A stretch of DNA of 64,000 nt, taken from Candidatus Zhuqueibacterota bacterium (lineage in GTDB: Bacteria; Electryoneota; RPQS01). The notes under the pieces are model-generated. The model had not been told where the DNA came from and searched no databases. It saw nothing but the letters and a program-made list of their open reading frames with translations. This document shows, in pieces, positions 20,901-31,227 of this stretch. The stretch covers positions 297,142 through 361,141 of the forward strand of contig JACRMR010000012.1 in the NCBI GenBank assembly GCA_016214895.1. Direction: 5' to 3'. Position 1 is the stretch's first letter; the number at the start of each line of letters is the position of its first letter. Position numbers and translations under genes: made by a program.

Positions 20901-21072
20901 TATCGCGGGCAGTCGGTGAACCCGAGAGACCGATACCGATGACCTCAGGAATCGGCTGTGCCAGGGCGAGCAGGCAGTCCAGCGCCACGGCGAGCACGAA
21001 CCACCCGAGGCGGTAACGTCGATGGTATGGATTGAGGAGTGTCTGCATAAATATCGTGATTCGCCGCTGCAA
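17926..21072 (-). CDS. Large secreted hypothetical protein with T9SS C-terminal sorting domain
   Basis: 1048 aa with an N-terminal signal/TM. The C-terminus FPNPFNRDVTIKYVIPRTAAVELIVYDLTGRTVRTL...GVYFYRLRAG...KLLLLR is the Por/T9SS CTD signature. Confidence 0.6.
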   Translation of the reverse strand: MQRRITIFMQTLLNPYHRRYRLGWFVLAVALDCLLALAQPIPEVIGIGLSGSPTARDTVVEDSDSLYLIISHTPSTYWTVSEIGLAAATRNQVLLHGYTGPACTGARIMVLPVNVDRITYVFMPDSVPPRLSVRASLKPLVDGRVLSFQAELAVMSNDTAHVDTFSAHRVSYVTVPGAIETQDSVDELHSGFITFRDSRTVPPELLEPVDRSSISRFFDVVYSQPEWADTFRLYLVIENVDPDAHEQHILTLEDFSDGANKRVQLDAFHLGDSPDVHSLSGGDSLTPDARFRFLIAYSDVNNNPEAADSAITIQADFLTLPPNLIEPRQGSESGDSTVLVIYQLPEAADSVWLSFVMDTLSVRVDTLEHHLLLNRENYFAGLHTLLLDGRSIGTGSDHIEYNPNGFDDRLISQVVYNVSLSYGDLAGNENSGDTEQGYIWPQDATTLTPTIEAPITGQRFNQTVWIQVQIPEAPLPGSVVLSFIAIGGTDPGSPRTVHLGELASRGRTGFFLNAADLLSSDLVTSVEGAGTPGENNQLYDGSRYTLRVGYQDLGGNAMAYSFVRVPVYDNSTSPVIINSPAEGDTISYAGLLVNWDQDEVASPGTLRISLTQTGGPEFDTGSPHTVFLSDVSAENDKIVVLVPLQLSFGVGIDSVQGGESLVQRGVYMLTIEYRDALANPPQAMSVTDLRLPSGSSVLVRGGSLGVEPVVPGEVDRLAFYLGLTAQEGQSALRAVSFSVGGDMDPADLQPAGTRLWWSQDSVFSPGADQQIAVLGPWFGGAFEFSGFSVPLSGSETFLFTSISFAAAANAYHRVRLSVASPQQIDCGGDPVISTTWPIGMRDIALPVTFTGFTTEQDTAFGALRVIWTVASELNNEGFNLYRRLDGDTTYIPTASFTDYSQLVGRGTAATAWRYVFTERGLTPGVRYFYRVDAVSVGGEVSRYSVEAEGVPRVPPANFSLLNAFPNPFNRDVTIKYVIPRTAAVELIVYDLTGRTVRTLVRALQPASEYAASWDSRDDHGMPLPSGVYFYRLRAGSIFDETRKLLLLR

Positions 21073-21086
21073 GGGATATGCCGCGA

Positions 21087-23891
21087 TCAGCGGAGAATGA
21101 GCAGCTTTCCTGCGACGCGAACGGATGCCGTCTCGATTCGATAAAGGACCAGGCCGGAGGCAGGAGCAAACGGCGAACGGTCGAGCCGGATCGCAGTGGG
21201 ACCGCCGACGATGTTGGAATACCGCAACAGCTCCTGCCCCAGCAAGTTGTAGAAGACTACGGACGCGGTTTGCCCGAGCGGCAATTGCAAGCGCAGTTGG
21301 CCGTAGGCGGGAAGCGGATTCGGGTACAGCCGCGGCGTTTCGACCGCGATCGGCTGCCGGACGTCCGGCGCCGGGGGCAGTCCATAATGTGCGCGGGCTG
21401 AGTCCACCCGAGCTTGCAACCCGGCCATGTCGCCCGCCGTCGCGACCGCAAATACCACTGTGCGACTCGCCCCCGGCTCCAGCTCAAACGGTCCCACTGC
21501 CGTGACCAGACTCAAATCGAACTCCGTGCCCGGCGAGGCACCGATTCCGGACTGCAAAATCTGCCACTTGCGATTATCATCCCAACCAGCAGCAGGGGTC
21601 AACTGCTCGCGGTTATTGAGCACGGAATAGACCGTGAGCGGTGTGTTCAGACCCGCCAGCCCGATCAACGGCTGCCCCGGTGCGGTGGCGGAAACCACCG
21701 CGATGCCCGACGGGGTGTCGAATTGCGCGCGATTGCGCGATGACGGCCCCAGGTCCCAATCCATCATGAGTCCGACGAACGCAGAGTCCCAGCGATTCAC
21801 GGAACGGTTGGTAACGACGTATTCGAGACTCAGGTAATCGGCTTGGTCGTCGCCGGCGAAAGCCAGACCGGAGGCCTGCACCCGCGCGAACAGCGGCAGC
21901 GCGGCTCCGCGATCTTCGAACGTCGTCCGGACTTCCCGATCGGCGCGGGGAGAAGCGATTACGCGCGCGAAGCTATCGGGCATCGCGGTCCAATCGAACC
22001 GGGCAAACTCCGCATCACCGAAGAAATTGTCGATTACCTGTCCGTCCGCGGCCAGGACAAACGAACCGTGATACAACGCGCCGGTCGGACGTTCCGAAAG
22101 TCGCAGACCCGGCCCCAGGTATCGACGATTCGTATAGTCATGATAGCCCAGCGATCCGTGCTCCGCAAATCCGAGCTGGAGGTGGTTCGAGCTCAGCACC
22201 ACAAATGTCGAATCGAGGATCACGTCGGTCGTGGCGCGGCCGATGAGGCGATTGTCCGCCGCGAGAAAGTCCACGCTGATGGGAATGACCCGGTCGAAGC
22301 GCGATTCGGGCGGCAGTGTGATGCGAACCGGCGGGCTGTTCGCAAATGTGTGTCCGGCGATCATGTCGGGGTAGAACGTCAGCGGGTTGTTGATGCCCAC
22401 GCTGTCCTCGCGCGTCAAGACCAAGGCATGCACGCCGCTCAGCGGCCCGAGCTCATCCCACACGCCGATAACCAGCTCGGCGGATTCTCCCGGTTCCACA
22501 TGCCCGTCGCCGTCGCCATCGATTTCGAGATAGTCGGTGTACGCGATTCGGACTCCGCTGACGGAATCCGCCAATGCGCGGTAGGCATTCAATCGCCCTA
22601 AACCGAGACCACCCGCCTCCAACGAGTTCAACGCGTCGATCGGATCGGCCGATGACGCCACGCGCTGCGCCACCTGAAGGCCCGTGAGTCCGGGATAGCG
22701 CGACACGACCAAGCCACAGACCGCGCTGACAAACGGCGCCGCCATGCTGGTGCCCTGCCAGGTGTCATAGGCCGGGTTGCCCACGGTGTCGATCATCGTC
22801 GAGAGAATGGCCACACCCGGAGCGCTGAGCTTGATCCAAGGCCCGTACTGGGTGAAGTCAGCGGCGCGATCATCAAGCCGCGTCGCGGAAACACTCAAGA
22901 CGCCTTCCGAGGCGGCCGGATAATGTGGACTCGTCCGCGCGTTGATGTTGTTCCCGGCCGCCGCCACGACGACGGCTCCGCGCTGTAACACATGGTTGAG
23001 CACGTCCCGTTCGTAAGCAGACTCCGAGCCTCCGCCCCATGAGCAATTGATGACCCGCGCTCCCGCGCGCCAAGCATAGTAAACGCCTTCGAATCCGTAC
23101 GGAATCGAGTTGTTAGAACCCGCACGGATGCCCATGATTTTGCAATCGGGAGCAATCCCCGCGATGCCGCGCCCGTTGTTGCGCAGCGCGCCAATCACGC
23201 CCGCGACGTGAGTGCCGTGCGACTCATCCCGGACGCGCGGACTGGGAGTCGGATCGCCATCGCCGTCCACGAAATCATAACCGAACAGATCGTCGATGTA
23301 GCCGTTTAGATCGTCGTCCACTCCCGGCCAGCCCGCCTGCTCCGCCGAATTGCTCCAACTCTGACCGGCAAGCTCGGGATGTGTGAAGTCAACTCCGAGA
23401 TCCACCACCGCAATCGCCACCGTCGGATCGCCGCGGGTTAGATTCCACGCCGATTCCATCTCAATCTTTTGCAAACCCCACTGCTGAGTGTAGAACGGAT
23501 CGTCGGGAACGCCGTCGAGCGGCGACCGCCCCCCGTGTTCACGGGCGTCGCCGTCAACATACCTGATCGGCCGTCGTTCCGCATATTCGACGCGCACATC
23601 CTGGCTCAGCATCGCGAGCAGAACTGCAACATCGGCGGCTTGCCGCGCACGAACAACGCAGATCCGCGCCAGGTCGGGAGCCTCACGCGCGCTGACCGGC
23701 AGCGCCGGGTGGATCGCCTCGATTCGCGCATCCAGCTCCGGCAGCAAGGATGCCGCGTCAAGCGTGGCCGGCAGCTGTCGCCACTTCACCATGACATCCA
23801 GCGCGGGCGATCCCAGATCGGGGACACCGCAAAGGCCGGAGGCGACGATTGTGAACAGCAGTGCGAAGAGCAGAGGAATCGGAGTTCCCAT
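21087..23891 (-). CDS. S8 family subtilisin-like serine peptidase with T9SS C-terminal sorting domain
   Basis: Catalytic triad motifs (VAVVDLGVD; HGTHVAGVIG; GTSMAAPFVSAV) and the C-terminal CTD LYPNPLPAYG...VVFYNLLGQEL...KLLILR. Confidence 0.85.
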   Translation of the reverse strand: MGTPIPLLFALLFTIVASGLCGVPDLGSPALDVMVKWRQLPATLDAASLLPELDARIEAIHPALPVSAREAPDLARICVVRARQAADVAVLLAMLSQDVRVEYAERRPIRYVDGDAREHGGRSPLDGVPDDPFYTQQWGLQKIEMESAWNLTRGDPTVAIAVVDLGVDFTHPELAGQSWSNSAEQAGWPGVDDDLNGYIDDLFGYDFVDGDGDPTPSPRVRDESHGTHVAGVIGALRNNGRGIAGIAPDCKIMGIRAGSNNSIPYGFEGVYYAWRAGARVINCSWGGGSESAYERDVLNHVLQRGAVVVAAAGNNINARTSPHYPAASEGVLSVSATRLDDRAADFTQYGPWIKLSAPGVAILSTMIDTVGNPAYDTWQGTSMAAPFVSAVCGLVVSRYPGLTGLQVAQRVASSADPIDALNSLEAGGLGLGRLNAYRALADSVSGVRIAYTDYLEIDGDGDGHVEPGESAELVIGVWDELGPLSGVHALVLTREDSVGINNPLTFYPDMIAGHTFANSPPVRITLPPESRFDRVIPISVDFLAADNRLIGRATTDVILDSTFVVLSSNHLQLGFAEHGSLGYHDYTNRRYLGPGLRLSERPTGALYHGSFVLAADGQVIDNFFGDAEFARFDWTAMPDSFARVIASPRADREVRTTFEDRGAALPLFARVQASGLAFAGDDQADYLSLEYVVTNRSVNRWDSAFVGLMMDWDLGPSSRNRAQFDTPSGIAVVSATAPGQPLIGLAGLNTPLTVYSVLNNREQLTPAAGWDDNRKWQILQSGIGASPGTEFDLSLVTAVGPFELEPGASRTVVFAVATAGDMAGLQARVDSARAHYGLPPAPDVRQPIAVETPRLYPNPLPAYGQLRLQLPLGQTASVVFYNLLGQELLRYSNIVGGPTAIRLDRSPFAPASGLVLYRIETASVRVAGKLLILR

Positions 23892-23897
23892 CAGATC

Positions 23898-25025
23898 TTA
23901 TAGTGCATGAATGCGACGGCTGAGCCGGGCCAACCCTTCGCGCATCTCGGGCTGTGGCCCGCCAAAACTAACTCTCACCGAACCGGGAGCATTGAACAAT
24001 GATCCGGGAAACACGATCGTCTCATCGTCAGTCAACAAGCCGCGCGTAAATTCAATGTCATCCGTGCCGGCAGGAAGTATGACCAGCGCCGTAATGCCCG
24101 CGGCCGGAATCACGCAGTGCGCGCGAGGTGTCTGGCGAACGAATTCGTCGAATAGGGATCGGCCCTCGGCATGCTTGGCCGCGTTCCGAATGAGGAAGTC
24201 GATAGCAGCAGGCGAACTCATGATGCGCCAGGCCAAATCCTCGGTCATGTACGGCTGGTTTACGCCCAACAGATTGTTGAGCCGGTAGGCGCGCCGGATC
24301 AGGTCCGCCGGTCCCACGGCCCAACCCACCCGCAGCCCGTCGAGACCCCAGCATTTGTCTAGTCCGTTGATCGAGACCGCTCCCGACGCAAAACCATGTT
24401 CCCGATGATCGCGTGTGATCCAGGGCAGAAAGACTTCGTCCACCATCACCGTCGCTCCGACCGTTGACGCCGTTTCGACAAGTCCGCGCACCAGATCGCC
24501 GGACATGCAAACATTCGTCGGATTATGCAAGTTGGTGAGGCAGACCAATCGCGTGCGGTCGGTCAGGAGTGACTTGAGCTCCGCCGCGTCGGGCAAGCAG
24601 CCGTGCTCCATTCGGCGCGGAAGGTCCACTACCCGTTCACTCCAAACCTCCACCCCGTTGCGCGGAGGTTCGTACGTCGGTGTCTCAAAGATGGCCTCGC
24701 CGCCGCCGGAAAGGGCCGCCCCGGCGATGAGAAAATCGCACTGGCTGGCCCCCTGGGCCAGCAGCACGTTTTCGGGCCGCGCCCCATACCATTCGGCGAT
24801 GACTTCCTTGAGGCGCTCATGGCCGGCGAAGTTCGGGCCCGTGAGTGCGGGCCGGAACGGTCCGCCCGGCACGCTGTCGAGGCTGGTGAACTGGGTAATA
24901 CCGCTCCGCGCCAAATTGTAAACCGCGCCTGAGTAGCCGAACTTGGCGAACTCCATCAGCGCAGAAGGCCGCCAATTGATGAACTCGGCGGTGGAGCTAT
25001 CGGTTTCGAAGTGTAGTGATGGCAA
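23898..25025 (-). CDS. PLP-dependent aminotransferase (class I/II fold)
   Basis: 375 aa with the general class I/II aminotransferase pattern. Substrate is unassignable. Confidence 0.6.
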   Translation of the reverse strand: MPSLHFETDSSTAEFINWRPSALMEFAKFGYSGAVYNLARSGITQFTSLDSVPGGPFRPALTGPNFAGHERLKEVIAEWYGARPENVLLAQGASQCDFLIAGAALSGGGEAIFETPTYEPPRNGVEVWSERVVDLPRRMEHGCLPDAAELKSLLTDRTRLVCLTNLHNPTNVCMSGDLVRGLVETASTVGATVMVDEVFLPWITRDHREHGFASGAVSINGLDKCWGLDGLRVGWAVGPADLIRRAYRLNNLLGVNQPYMTEDLAWRIMSSPAAIDFLIRNAAKHAEGRSLFDEFVRQTPRAHCVIPAAGITALVILPAGTDDIEFTRGLLTDDETIVFPGSLFNAPGSVRVSFGGPQPEMREGLARLSRRIHAL

Positions 25026-25245
25026 GGGTGTCGAGGAGGGATCGAGGACGCAATCAAACTGCCGTAGAACGAGGCCAAACTGCCGTCATTAATATACCGT
25101 ATCCAAAGTACGTTCTAACCGTTAGAAAGTCAAGACGGCGGGAACGACCGAAATGCTTAAATAGCCTGAACTTTGCAGATTCTCGTGCGAGGCTCGACTC
25201 GATTCGGGGCCGCTGCCGAGGGAACCACTCAACCTGGTGGAGTGG

Positions 25246-25274
25246 CTTGACAATCCCGAGGCAAAACAGTATCT
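25246..25274 (+). promoter_or_regulatory. Candidate sigma-70-type promoter for kdsC-kdsD-lptC-lptA operon
   Basis: TTGACA (25246-25251), a 17-nt spacer, then TATCTT (25269-25274), ~35 nt upstream of the kdsC ATG. It lies in a divergent intergenic region. Confidence 0.4.
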
Positions 25275-25308
25275 TAAGTGAATACAAGCAAAAATTGTAC
25301 CCCGGGGC

Positions 25309-25902
25309 ATGGTTTCCGCCCGGGTGGAACTGCGAACCTCAACCGCCTTGCCCCCTTTTGACCTACTGACCCCCGAGCTGCGCGCCCGACTATCCAGAAT
25401 TCGATTTCTGCTATTAGATGTGGATGGCGTCCTCACCGACGGACGCCTATCGCTCTCGGACTCCGAAATCGAGGCGAAGACCTACTCTACGCGGGATGGC
25501 TTCGCCATCGTCTGGATCAAGAACTACGGCCTCGCCGTTGGCGTTATCTCCGGACGTCGCTCATCCGGAACCGACCGGCGTTGCCGCGACCTCAAGATGG
25601 ATGAAATTCACCTCGGACACCTGAAGAAGGTTGCCGTCTATGAAGAAATCGCACAGCGGCGCGGTCTCGGCGACGACGAAATCGCCTTTATCGGGGACGA
25701 TCTGATTGACCTCCCCTTAATGAAGCGAGTCGGGGTGTCCGCTTGTCCGGCAGATGCACACTTCGAAGTCGCGGCGCGCGTTGACGTCGTACTTCGACAT
25801 CCCGGCGGCAACGGCGCGATTCGGGAGTTCATCGATCTGTGGTTGATGGCGGCGGGCAAGTGGGAGCAGTCCATAGAGGACATCTTCAATGGCAATTATT
25901 GA
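25309..25902 (+). CDS. kdsC: 3-deoxy-D-manno-octulosonate 8-phosphate phosphatase (HAD family)
   Basis: HAD motifs LLLDVDGVLTDG and GDDLIDLP, a length of ~190 aa, and a position upstream of kdsD/lpt genes. Confidence 0.85.
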   Translation: MVSARVELRTSTALPPFDLLTPELRARLSRIRFLLLDVDGVLTDGRLSLSDSEIEAKTYSTRDGFAIVWIKNYGLAVGVISGRRSSGTDRRCRDLKMDEIHLGHLKKVAVYEEIAQRRGLGDDEIAFIGDDLIDLPLMKRVGVSACPADAHFEVAARVDVVLRHPGGNGAIREFIDLWLMAAGKWEQSIEDIFNGNY

Positions 25903-26893
25903 TCACACCGTCCCGGTACGGATCAAACCCGAGAGCCTGGCCGTCGCCACGCGTCTGATTCGGATCGAGGCGGAGTCAGTGCGGGCGCTATCGGAACGAA
26001 TTGACCCGGAATTTGAAAAGGCGGTCGCACTGCTCTCGGCTACCCGGGGGCGTGTGGTGGTGACGGGGATCGGGAAATCCGGTCACATCGGCAGAAAGAT
26101 CTCCGCGACTTTTGCCAGTACCGGAACGCCGTCGTCGTATCTGCATCCCTCCGAAGCCGCGCACGGCGACCTCGGAATGGTCACCCGGAACGATGCGGTG
26201 GTTGTCATCTCAAAGAGCGGATCGACGGACGACTTGTTGAACCTGATGCCGTATTTCAAGCTGCTGAACGTTCCCGTCATCGGTTTGCTCGGCGAAGTGC
26301 GAAGTCCGCTGGGCGAGAAATGCGACGTCGTGCTCGATCTGAGCGTGATCGAAGAGGGCTGTCCGCTGGACCTTGCTCCGACAGCCTCCACGACGGCGAC
26401 GCTGGCGATGGGGGACGCGTTGGCGGTGGCGTTGATGACTGAAAAGGATTTCAAGCCGCAGGATTTCGCGTTTCTGCATCCGGGCGGCGCGCTGGGACGA
26501 AGACTGAGCATGCGCGTCGAAGATGTGATGCACACCGGCGAGAATATTCCGATCAGTCCGGCCGACGCCTCCCTGCGCGAGTGCATCGTCGAAATGACGC
26601 GCAAGCGCCTCGGCGCCACCTGCATCCTCTCGACCGCGGGGGAACTGGCCGGGATCTTCACGGACGGCGATCTGCGCCGGGCCTTCGAGCGTGGAGTGGA
26701 GCTGGAGACTACGCGAGCACTGCAGGTTGCTACCCTCAGACCCAAGACCATCGCTCCGCAAACCCTGGTTGCCCGGGCAGTGAACCTCATGGAGGCATAC
26801 AATATCCTGGTGTTGCCGGTCGTCGCCCTCGACGGCCACGTGGTCGGCATCGTCCACCTGCACGATCTGCTGAAATCGGGAATCGGCCGGTGA
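25889..26893 (+). CDS. kdsD: Arabinose-5-phosphate isomerase (SIS plus tandem CBS domains)
   Basis: SIS motif VVVTGIGKSGHIGRKISATFASTGTPS and C-terminal CBS pair. It overlaps kdsC by 14 nt. Confidence 0.9.
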   Translation: MAIIDHTVPVRIKPESLAVATRLIRIEAESVRALSERIDPEFEKAVALLSATRGRVVVTGIGKSGHIGRKISATFASTGTPSSYLHPSEAAHGDLGMVTRNDAVVVISKSGSTDDLLNLMPYFKLLNVPVIGLLGEVRSPLGEKCDVVLDLSVIEEGCPLDLAPTASTTATLAMGDALAVALMTEKDFKPQDFAFLHPGGALGRRLSMRVEDVMHTGENIPISPADASLRECIVEMTRKRLGATCILSTAGELAGIFTDGDLRRAFERGVELETTRALQVATLRPKTIAPQTLVARAVNLMEAYNILVLPVVALDGHVVGIVHLHDLLKSGIGR

Positions 26894-27480
26894 CGTTTCC
26901 CGCGTTGCTCGCGCTGTTAGCACTTGCCCTGTGCAGCGGCTGCACTAAGATCGGCGGGCCGGACGCCGACAAAGCGGCGGGTGAATTGCCGGAGCAGGAA
27001 TTGTACAACGCCACGATCCGCTTCTATCAGAGCGAGCGAACCTCCGCGATCCTGCGCGCCGGGCGAATCCGCAAATTCCAAAAGCAGTCCACCGTGCTGT
27101 TGGACCAGAGAGTACACATCGATTTCTTCAACCAGGCCGGTCAACACACGACTTCGCTCGTCTCCGATTCAGCCCGCGCGGACGACACCAAGCATGATAT
27201 GGTCGCCATGGGACACGTGGTCGCGAAGTCCGATAGCGGCGAGATTCTGGAGACGCAATTCCTGCGCTGGGAGAATAAGACGCGACGAATCATCTCTGAC
27301 GCTCCAGTCAAGCTCTCCACGCCGACCGACACGCTCTTCGGCAGCCATTTTGTCTCGGACGAACACCTGCGAAACTGGCAGATCGAGCAGCCCACAGGCG
27401 TAACTTTCCGTGAGCTGGAGCAGCGCGCTCAGCGCGACAGCGCGGCGGGCGCGCCGCCGGACACCGCGGCGAACGAGTGA
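26890..27480 (+). CDS. lptC: LPS export system protein LptC (GTG start overlapping kdsD stop)
   Basis: N-terminal anchor FPALLALLALALCSGC and an OstA-like beta-jellyroll segment. It sits between kdsD and lptA. The track ORF 26581..27480 is over-extended in the 5' direction inside kdsD. Confidence 0.6.
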   Translation: MTFPALLALLALALCSGCTKIGGPDADKAAGELPEQELYNATIRFYQSERTSAILRAGRIRKFQKQSTVLLDQRVHIDFFNQAGQHTTSLVSDSARADDTKHDMVAMGHVVAKSDSGEILETQFLRWENKTRRIISDAPVKLSTPTDTLFGSHFVSDEHLRNWQIEQPTGVTFRELEQRAQRDSAAGAPPDTAANE

Positions 27481-28640
27481 CGTCGATGCTGCGCCGACTC
27501 TTATCGCTGATCTTCGTCGTGTGCGCCGTGCGCGGATGGCCGCAAGAGAGCACACCGATCGTGCTGGAGCGCGCCAACTCATTGCAATCGTTTGAAACGA
27601 ACGGCACGCGCTGGCAGGAGTTGCGCGGCGACGTGATGATGACTCGCGACAGCCTGACCGTTACCTGCCAGAACGCGCTGTACTATCCGGACTCGGGTCT
27701 GGTCATCTTCACGAATAACGTCGAGTTCCGCGATCCGACCCGGCTGCTACTCGCCGATGAAGTCATTTACAACGACTTCACGCAGGAAGTTCTGGCCACG
27801 AGCAATGTGCGCATCTACCAGCAAGATACGCTGTCGGCGACAGCCCGCAAGGCAAAGTATCGCCAGCGCTTCAAGCAGGCCTGGCTCTACGATGATGTAA
27901 GACTCCGCGAGGAGAACCGGCGGATTCTGCTGAGCGGAGCGGTCGGCTACCTGGATCACGAGCGCAATTACGGCTGGGTTGCAGGCAACCCGGTCCTGGT
28001 CGAACGAGACTCCTCCCTGAGAGTCACGACCGAAATCCACGGCGATACCGTTATCTACGACGATGCGCTGGATCAAGCGCGATGCGTCGGCAAGGTCACG
28101 ATCGAACGCGACAGCCTGATCGCCAGCGGTTCCGACCTCGTCTATTCCACGCAGCAGAAGGTCGCCGTGCTCACCGGTTCACCCGTCGCAACGCGGGCGC
28201 AGGACGTGATTAACGGCGATACCTTGAAATTGCACTTCGAGGGCGAAGTACTGGATCGCGTCGAGGTGATCGGCAACGCCCTCGCTACCAGCCCCGCGGA
28301 CAGCGGATTCAGCGAGCCGCGGCACCGGATGGAAGGCCAGCGGATGACGCTCTGGGTTGACAGCTCGCGGATCTCGCGGGCGCTGATTGAAGGCAATGCC
28401 ATCGCGACCTACTTCGTGCGCGAAGACAGCCAGCCGCGCGGACTGAATATCACCTCCGGCGACCGGCTCCGCGTCTTCTTCGACGAGCACAAGATCTCCC
28501 GGATCCGCGTCGAGGGCGGCACCGAAGGCAATTACACTCCGCAACGACTAATGGCCGCTGCCGCCGCCGACACTACGGCCGCCCGACCGCAGAGTACACC
28601 GCCGCCGCCGCGCCGCGCGCCGGGTCTGCCACGCAGATAG
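27477..28640 (+). CDS. lptA: LPS transport periplasmic protein LptA / OstA-N domain protein
   Basis: Signal peptide then OstA_N-like repeats (LTVTCQNALYYPDSGLVIFTNNVEF...). The start overlaps the lptC stop. It is longer than E. coli LptA (387 aa, with a Pro/Ala-rich tail). Confidence 0.7.
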   Translation: MTSMLRRLLSLIFVVCAVRGWPQESTPIVLERANSLQSFETNGTRWQELRGDVMMTRDSLTVTCQNALYYPDSGLVIFTNNVEFRDPTRLLLADEVIYNDFTQEVLATSNVRIYQQDTLSATARKAKYRQRFKQAWLYDDVRLREENRRILLSGAVGYLDHERNYGWVAGNPVLVERDSSLRVTTEIHGDTVIYDDALDQARCVGKVTIERDSLIASGSDLVYSTQQKVAVLTGSPVATRAQDVINGDTLKLHFEGEVLDRVEVIGNALATSPADSGFSEPRHRMEGQRMTLWVDSSRISRALIEGNAIATYFVREDSQPRGLNITSGDRLRVFFDEHKISRIRVEGGTEGNYTPQRLMAAAAADTTAARPQSTPPPPRRAPGLPRR

Positions 28641-28716
28641 TCTGCGCCCTCATTTCACCACTTAGGTTCCGGCTCCGTAACGGCGATGAAGCGGAGCTCT
28701 ATCAGGAGATCAGCAA

Positions 28717-31227
28717 TTGGCGAGTCCGAAGTCTCGTACCAAACCTGCCCACACCGCGACCGAGCCGCCTGCTTCCGCAATGCGGCCGTGGCTGCGCGAC
28801 GCCATTGCCTGCGCCGCGATCTTCCTCGCGGTCTTCATCATGTTCCCGGAAATGGCAATCAACGGCAAACTCTTCTCGCGCGGAGATGACAGCGAGTCCG
28901 CCGCCTCGATGAACGAATTCGCCGTGCAGGAGGCGCAGGCGCGGGAGTATCCGCTCTGGTGCCCATACGTGTTCGGGGGCTTTCCGTCGTTGGCCGCCGG
29001 CGGCTATTCGAACTACGAGCACATGGGCATGCCGTACGCGCTGGCCAATCGCTATCTTTCGCCGCGCTACTGGATGGACGTCGTGACCACGCGAGTGCTG
29101 TTTTGGGGCGGCTTCGGCGATGAACATTCCAGCGCGCGCTGGCTACTCGCGCTGTTCCTCTATGCCGGGCTGTTCACCTATCTGCTCATGCGCAGTCTGA
29201 ACTTCGATGCCTTGATTTCGCTGTTCAGTTCACTGCTCATGGCCTGGAATCCGTATCTGATTTCGCTGGCGACGGCTGCGCACGGCGGAAAGATGATGAC
29301 CTTCATCTATCTGCCGCTGATTCTGCTCTTGACGTGGAACGTCATGAGCAAGCGGCGACTCTTGGATCTGGCTTTGCTGGCGGCGGCCTTCGGCTGGCAA
29401 ATCGCCGTGGGGGGGCACACGCAGATCCTGTTCTACAGCTTTGCCGCGGTAGGGCTCGTCTATCTGGTCTGGCTGATCTTTGAGCTGAAAGAGCGTCCGT
29501 TGGCGCTGGCCTTCAAGCCCGCCGCGTTCATCGGCGTCGCGCTGCTGCTGGGCTTCGCCGTCGGGGCACTTTGGTATGTCCCGCTCCTGAAGTTCGTCGG
29601 CTATTCGATTCGCGGCATGGCGCCGGCGTTTGCCGAGACCGCGCAGCCCGGCTATTCGATGGCGGACGCGACGATGTGGTCGTTTCATCCACAGGAGCTG
29701 CTCACGTTCGTCGTGCCGTCGTGGTTCGGTCTGAAATCCCCGTACTACTGGGGCGACATGCCGTTCACGTCGTCGAGTTTCTACTTCGGCGTTGTGCCGC
29801 TGCTGTTCGCCGTGCTGGCCTTTTTCGGGAAGAAGGACCGCCTGTTCTGGGGATTGTTAGCGGTTTCCGGGTTTGCTTTGCTGCTCTCGTTCGGCAAGCA
29901 CTTCGAGACCTTCTACGGCCTGTTCTTCGACCACTTCCCCTTCTTCAACAAGTTCCGAACACCGTCGCTGATCCTGCTGTTGGCCGTACTGGCGGGCATC
30001 GTGTGGGCGGGTTACGGGTTGCGGTTCGTACTGGGTCTCGGAGAAGACCCAAAGTGGAAGAAACGATTCCTGATTGGCGGGGTCGTCTGTTTGGCGCTGC
30101 TGCTGCTGTTTGTCGTGGCCGGCGGAGTCTTCTCCGGACTGTTCGGATCGTTCGCAAAAGCCGGTGAAGAGCGCCAATACAACCCGCAGCAACTCGAGCA
30201 GCTCCGGCAGATTCGGTTTGACATGCTGAAGAAAGACCTGTTGTTCTCCTTGTTCTGGTTGACCGCCGCGTTTGCCGCGTGCTGGGCACTCCTGTCGCGC
30301 AAGCTGAAGCCGAACCTGTTCCTCATCGGGATGATTCTGATTACGCTGATTGACCTCTGGCGGTTCTCCCATCAGTTCTTCGAGCCGCAGCCGGCCGGAG
30401 ACGCACTGGCCGGCCTGAAACCCAACAAGGTGGTCGAAGCGCTGAAGTTGGACAAGAGCGTGTTTCGGGTGATGCCGCTCGGTCGAATCGCACAGGACAA
30501 CCGGTGGGCGGCATGGGAGGTCGCGTCGCTCGGCGGCTATCATGGCGCCAAGATGCGCAGTTATCAGGACTATCAAGACTACGTCTTCACCAAGGGCAGC
30601 GATCCGCAAGTTCCGGTCAACTTCGAGTGCTACTCCGCGATGAACTGCAAGTACTTCGTCGCGGAGGGGCAACTACCGCCCGAACTCGGTTATGAGCAGG
30701 TCGCTGTGGACCAACAGGCAAAGTGGATCCTCTATCGCAATTCCCACGCGCTCGAACGCGCCTATTTCGTGGACTCCGTGGAAACGATCAGCGACCGCAA
30801 GCAGGTGCTGCAACGACTGACGCGCGGCGACTTTGCATGGAACAGCATGGCAACTATTAATGAATCGCTGCCGGGCGCGATCGCGGTCGGCGTGCAGCGG
30901 CGGGCCGAGGTCTCTGAGTACATTCCGCACCGGGTGAAGCTGCGCGCCGAAGTCGCCGGCCCGTCCTTCATGGTATTCTCGGATGCCTACTATGAACCGG
31001 GTTGGGAAGCGCTGGATAACGGCAAACCCGCCCGGATCTATCTCGTGAACGGCTACGTGCGCGGGCTGTTCTTGCAACCGGGAACTCATGAAATCGAGTA
31101 CCGGTACGTGGGGACGTACGAGCGGCGCGGCGTGTTGATCGCCACCGTCGCGCATTTCCTCGTGTGGGGACTGGTCGCCGGCTGTTTCCTGTATGAACGG
31201 CGGCGCCGACTGGTGGCCGCGGCGTGA
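28717..31227 (+). CDS. YfhO-family-like polytopic membrane protein (putative lipid/glycan glycosyltransferase) embedded in lpt operon
   Basis: 836 aa with >10 TM helices in the first ~500 aa, a large extracytoplasmic domain and a final C-terminal TM ([16 protein letters not shown]), which is the YfhO architecture. Its stop overlaps the lptB start (31224-31227). Confidence 0.55.
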   Translation: MASPKSRTKPAHTATEPPASAMRPWLRDAIACAAIFLAVFIMFPEMAINGKLFSRGDDSESAASMNEFAVQEAQAREYPLWCPYVFGGFPSLAAGGYSNYEHMGMPYALANRYLSPRYWMDVVTTRVLFWGGFGDEHSSARWLLALFLYAGLFTYLLMRSLNFDALISLFSSLLMAWNPYLISLATAAHGGKMMTFIYLPLILLLTWNVMSKRRLLDLALLAAAFGWQIAVGGHTQILFYSFAAVGLVYLVWLIFELKERPLALAFKPAAFIGVALLLGFAVGALWYVPLLKFVGYSIRGMAPAFAETAQPGYSMADATMWSFHPQELLTFVVPSWFGLKSPYYWGDMPFTSSSFYFGVVPLLFAVLAFFGKKDRLFWGLLAVSGFALLLSFGKHFETFYGLFFDHFPFFNKFRTPSLILLLAVLAGIVWAGYGLRFVLGLGEDPKWKKRFLIGGVVCLALLLLFVVAGGVFSGLFGSFAKAGEERQYNPQQLEQLRQIRFDMLKKDLLFSLFWLTAAFAACWALLSRKLKPNLFLIGMILITLIDLWRFSHQFFEPQPAGDALAGLKPNKVVEALKLDKSVFRVMPLGRIAQDNRWAAWEVASLGGYHGAKMRSYQDYQDYVFTKGSDPQVPVNFECYSAMNCKYFVAEGQLPPELGYEQVAVDQQAKWILYRNSHALERAYFVDSVETISDRKQVLQRLTRGDFAWNSMATINESLPGAIAVGVQRRAEVSEYIPHRVKLRAEVAGPSFMVFSDAYYEPGWEALDNGKPARIYLVNGYVRGLFLQPGTHEIEYRYVGTYERRGVLIATVAHFLVWGLVAGCFLYERRRRLVAAA

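Noticed and set aside
26581-27480. 299-aa + strand ORF beginning inside kdsD
   Set aside because: The N-terminal ~100 aa are an out-of-frame read-through of kdsD. The genuine LptC CDS begins at the GTG at 26890, at the kdsD stop.
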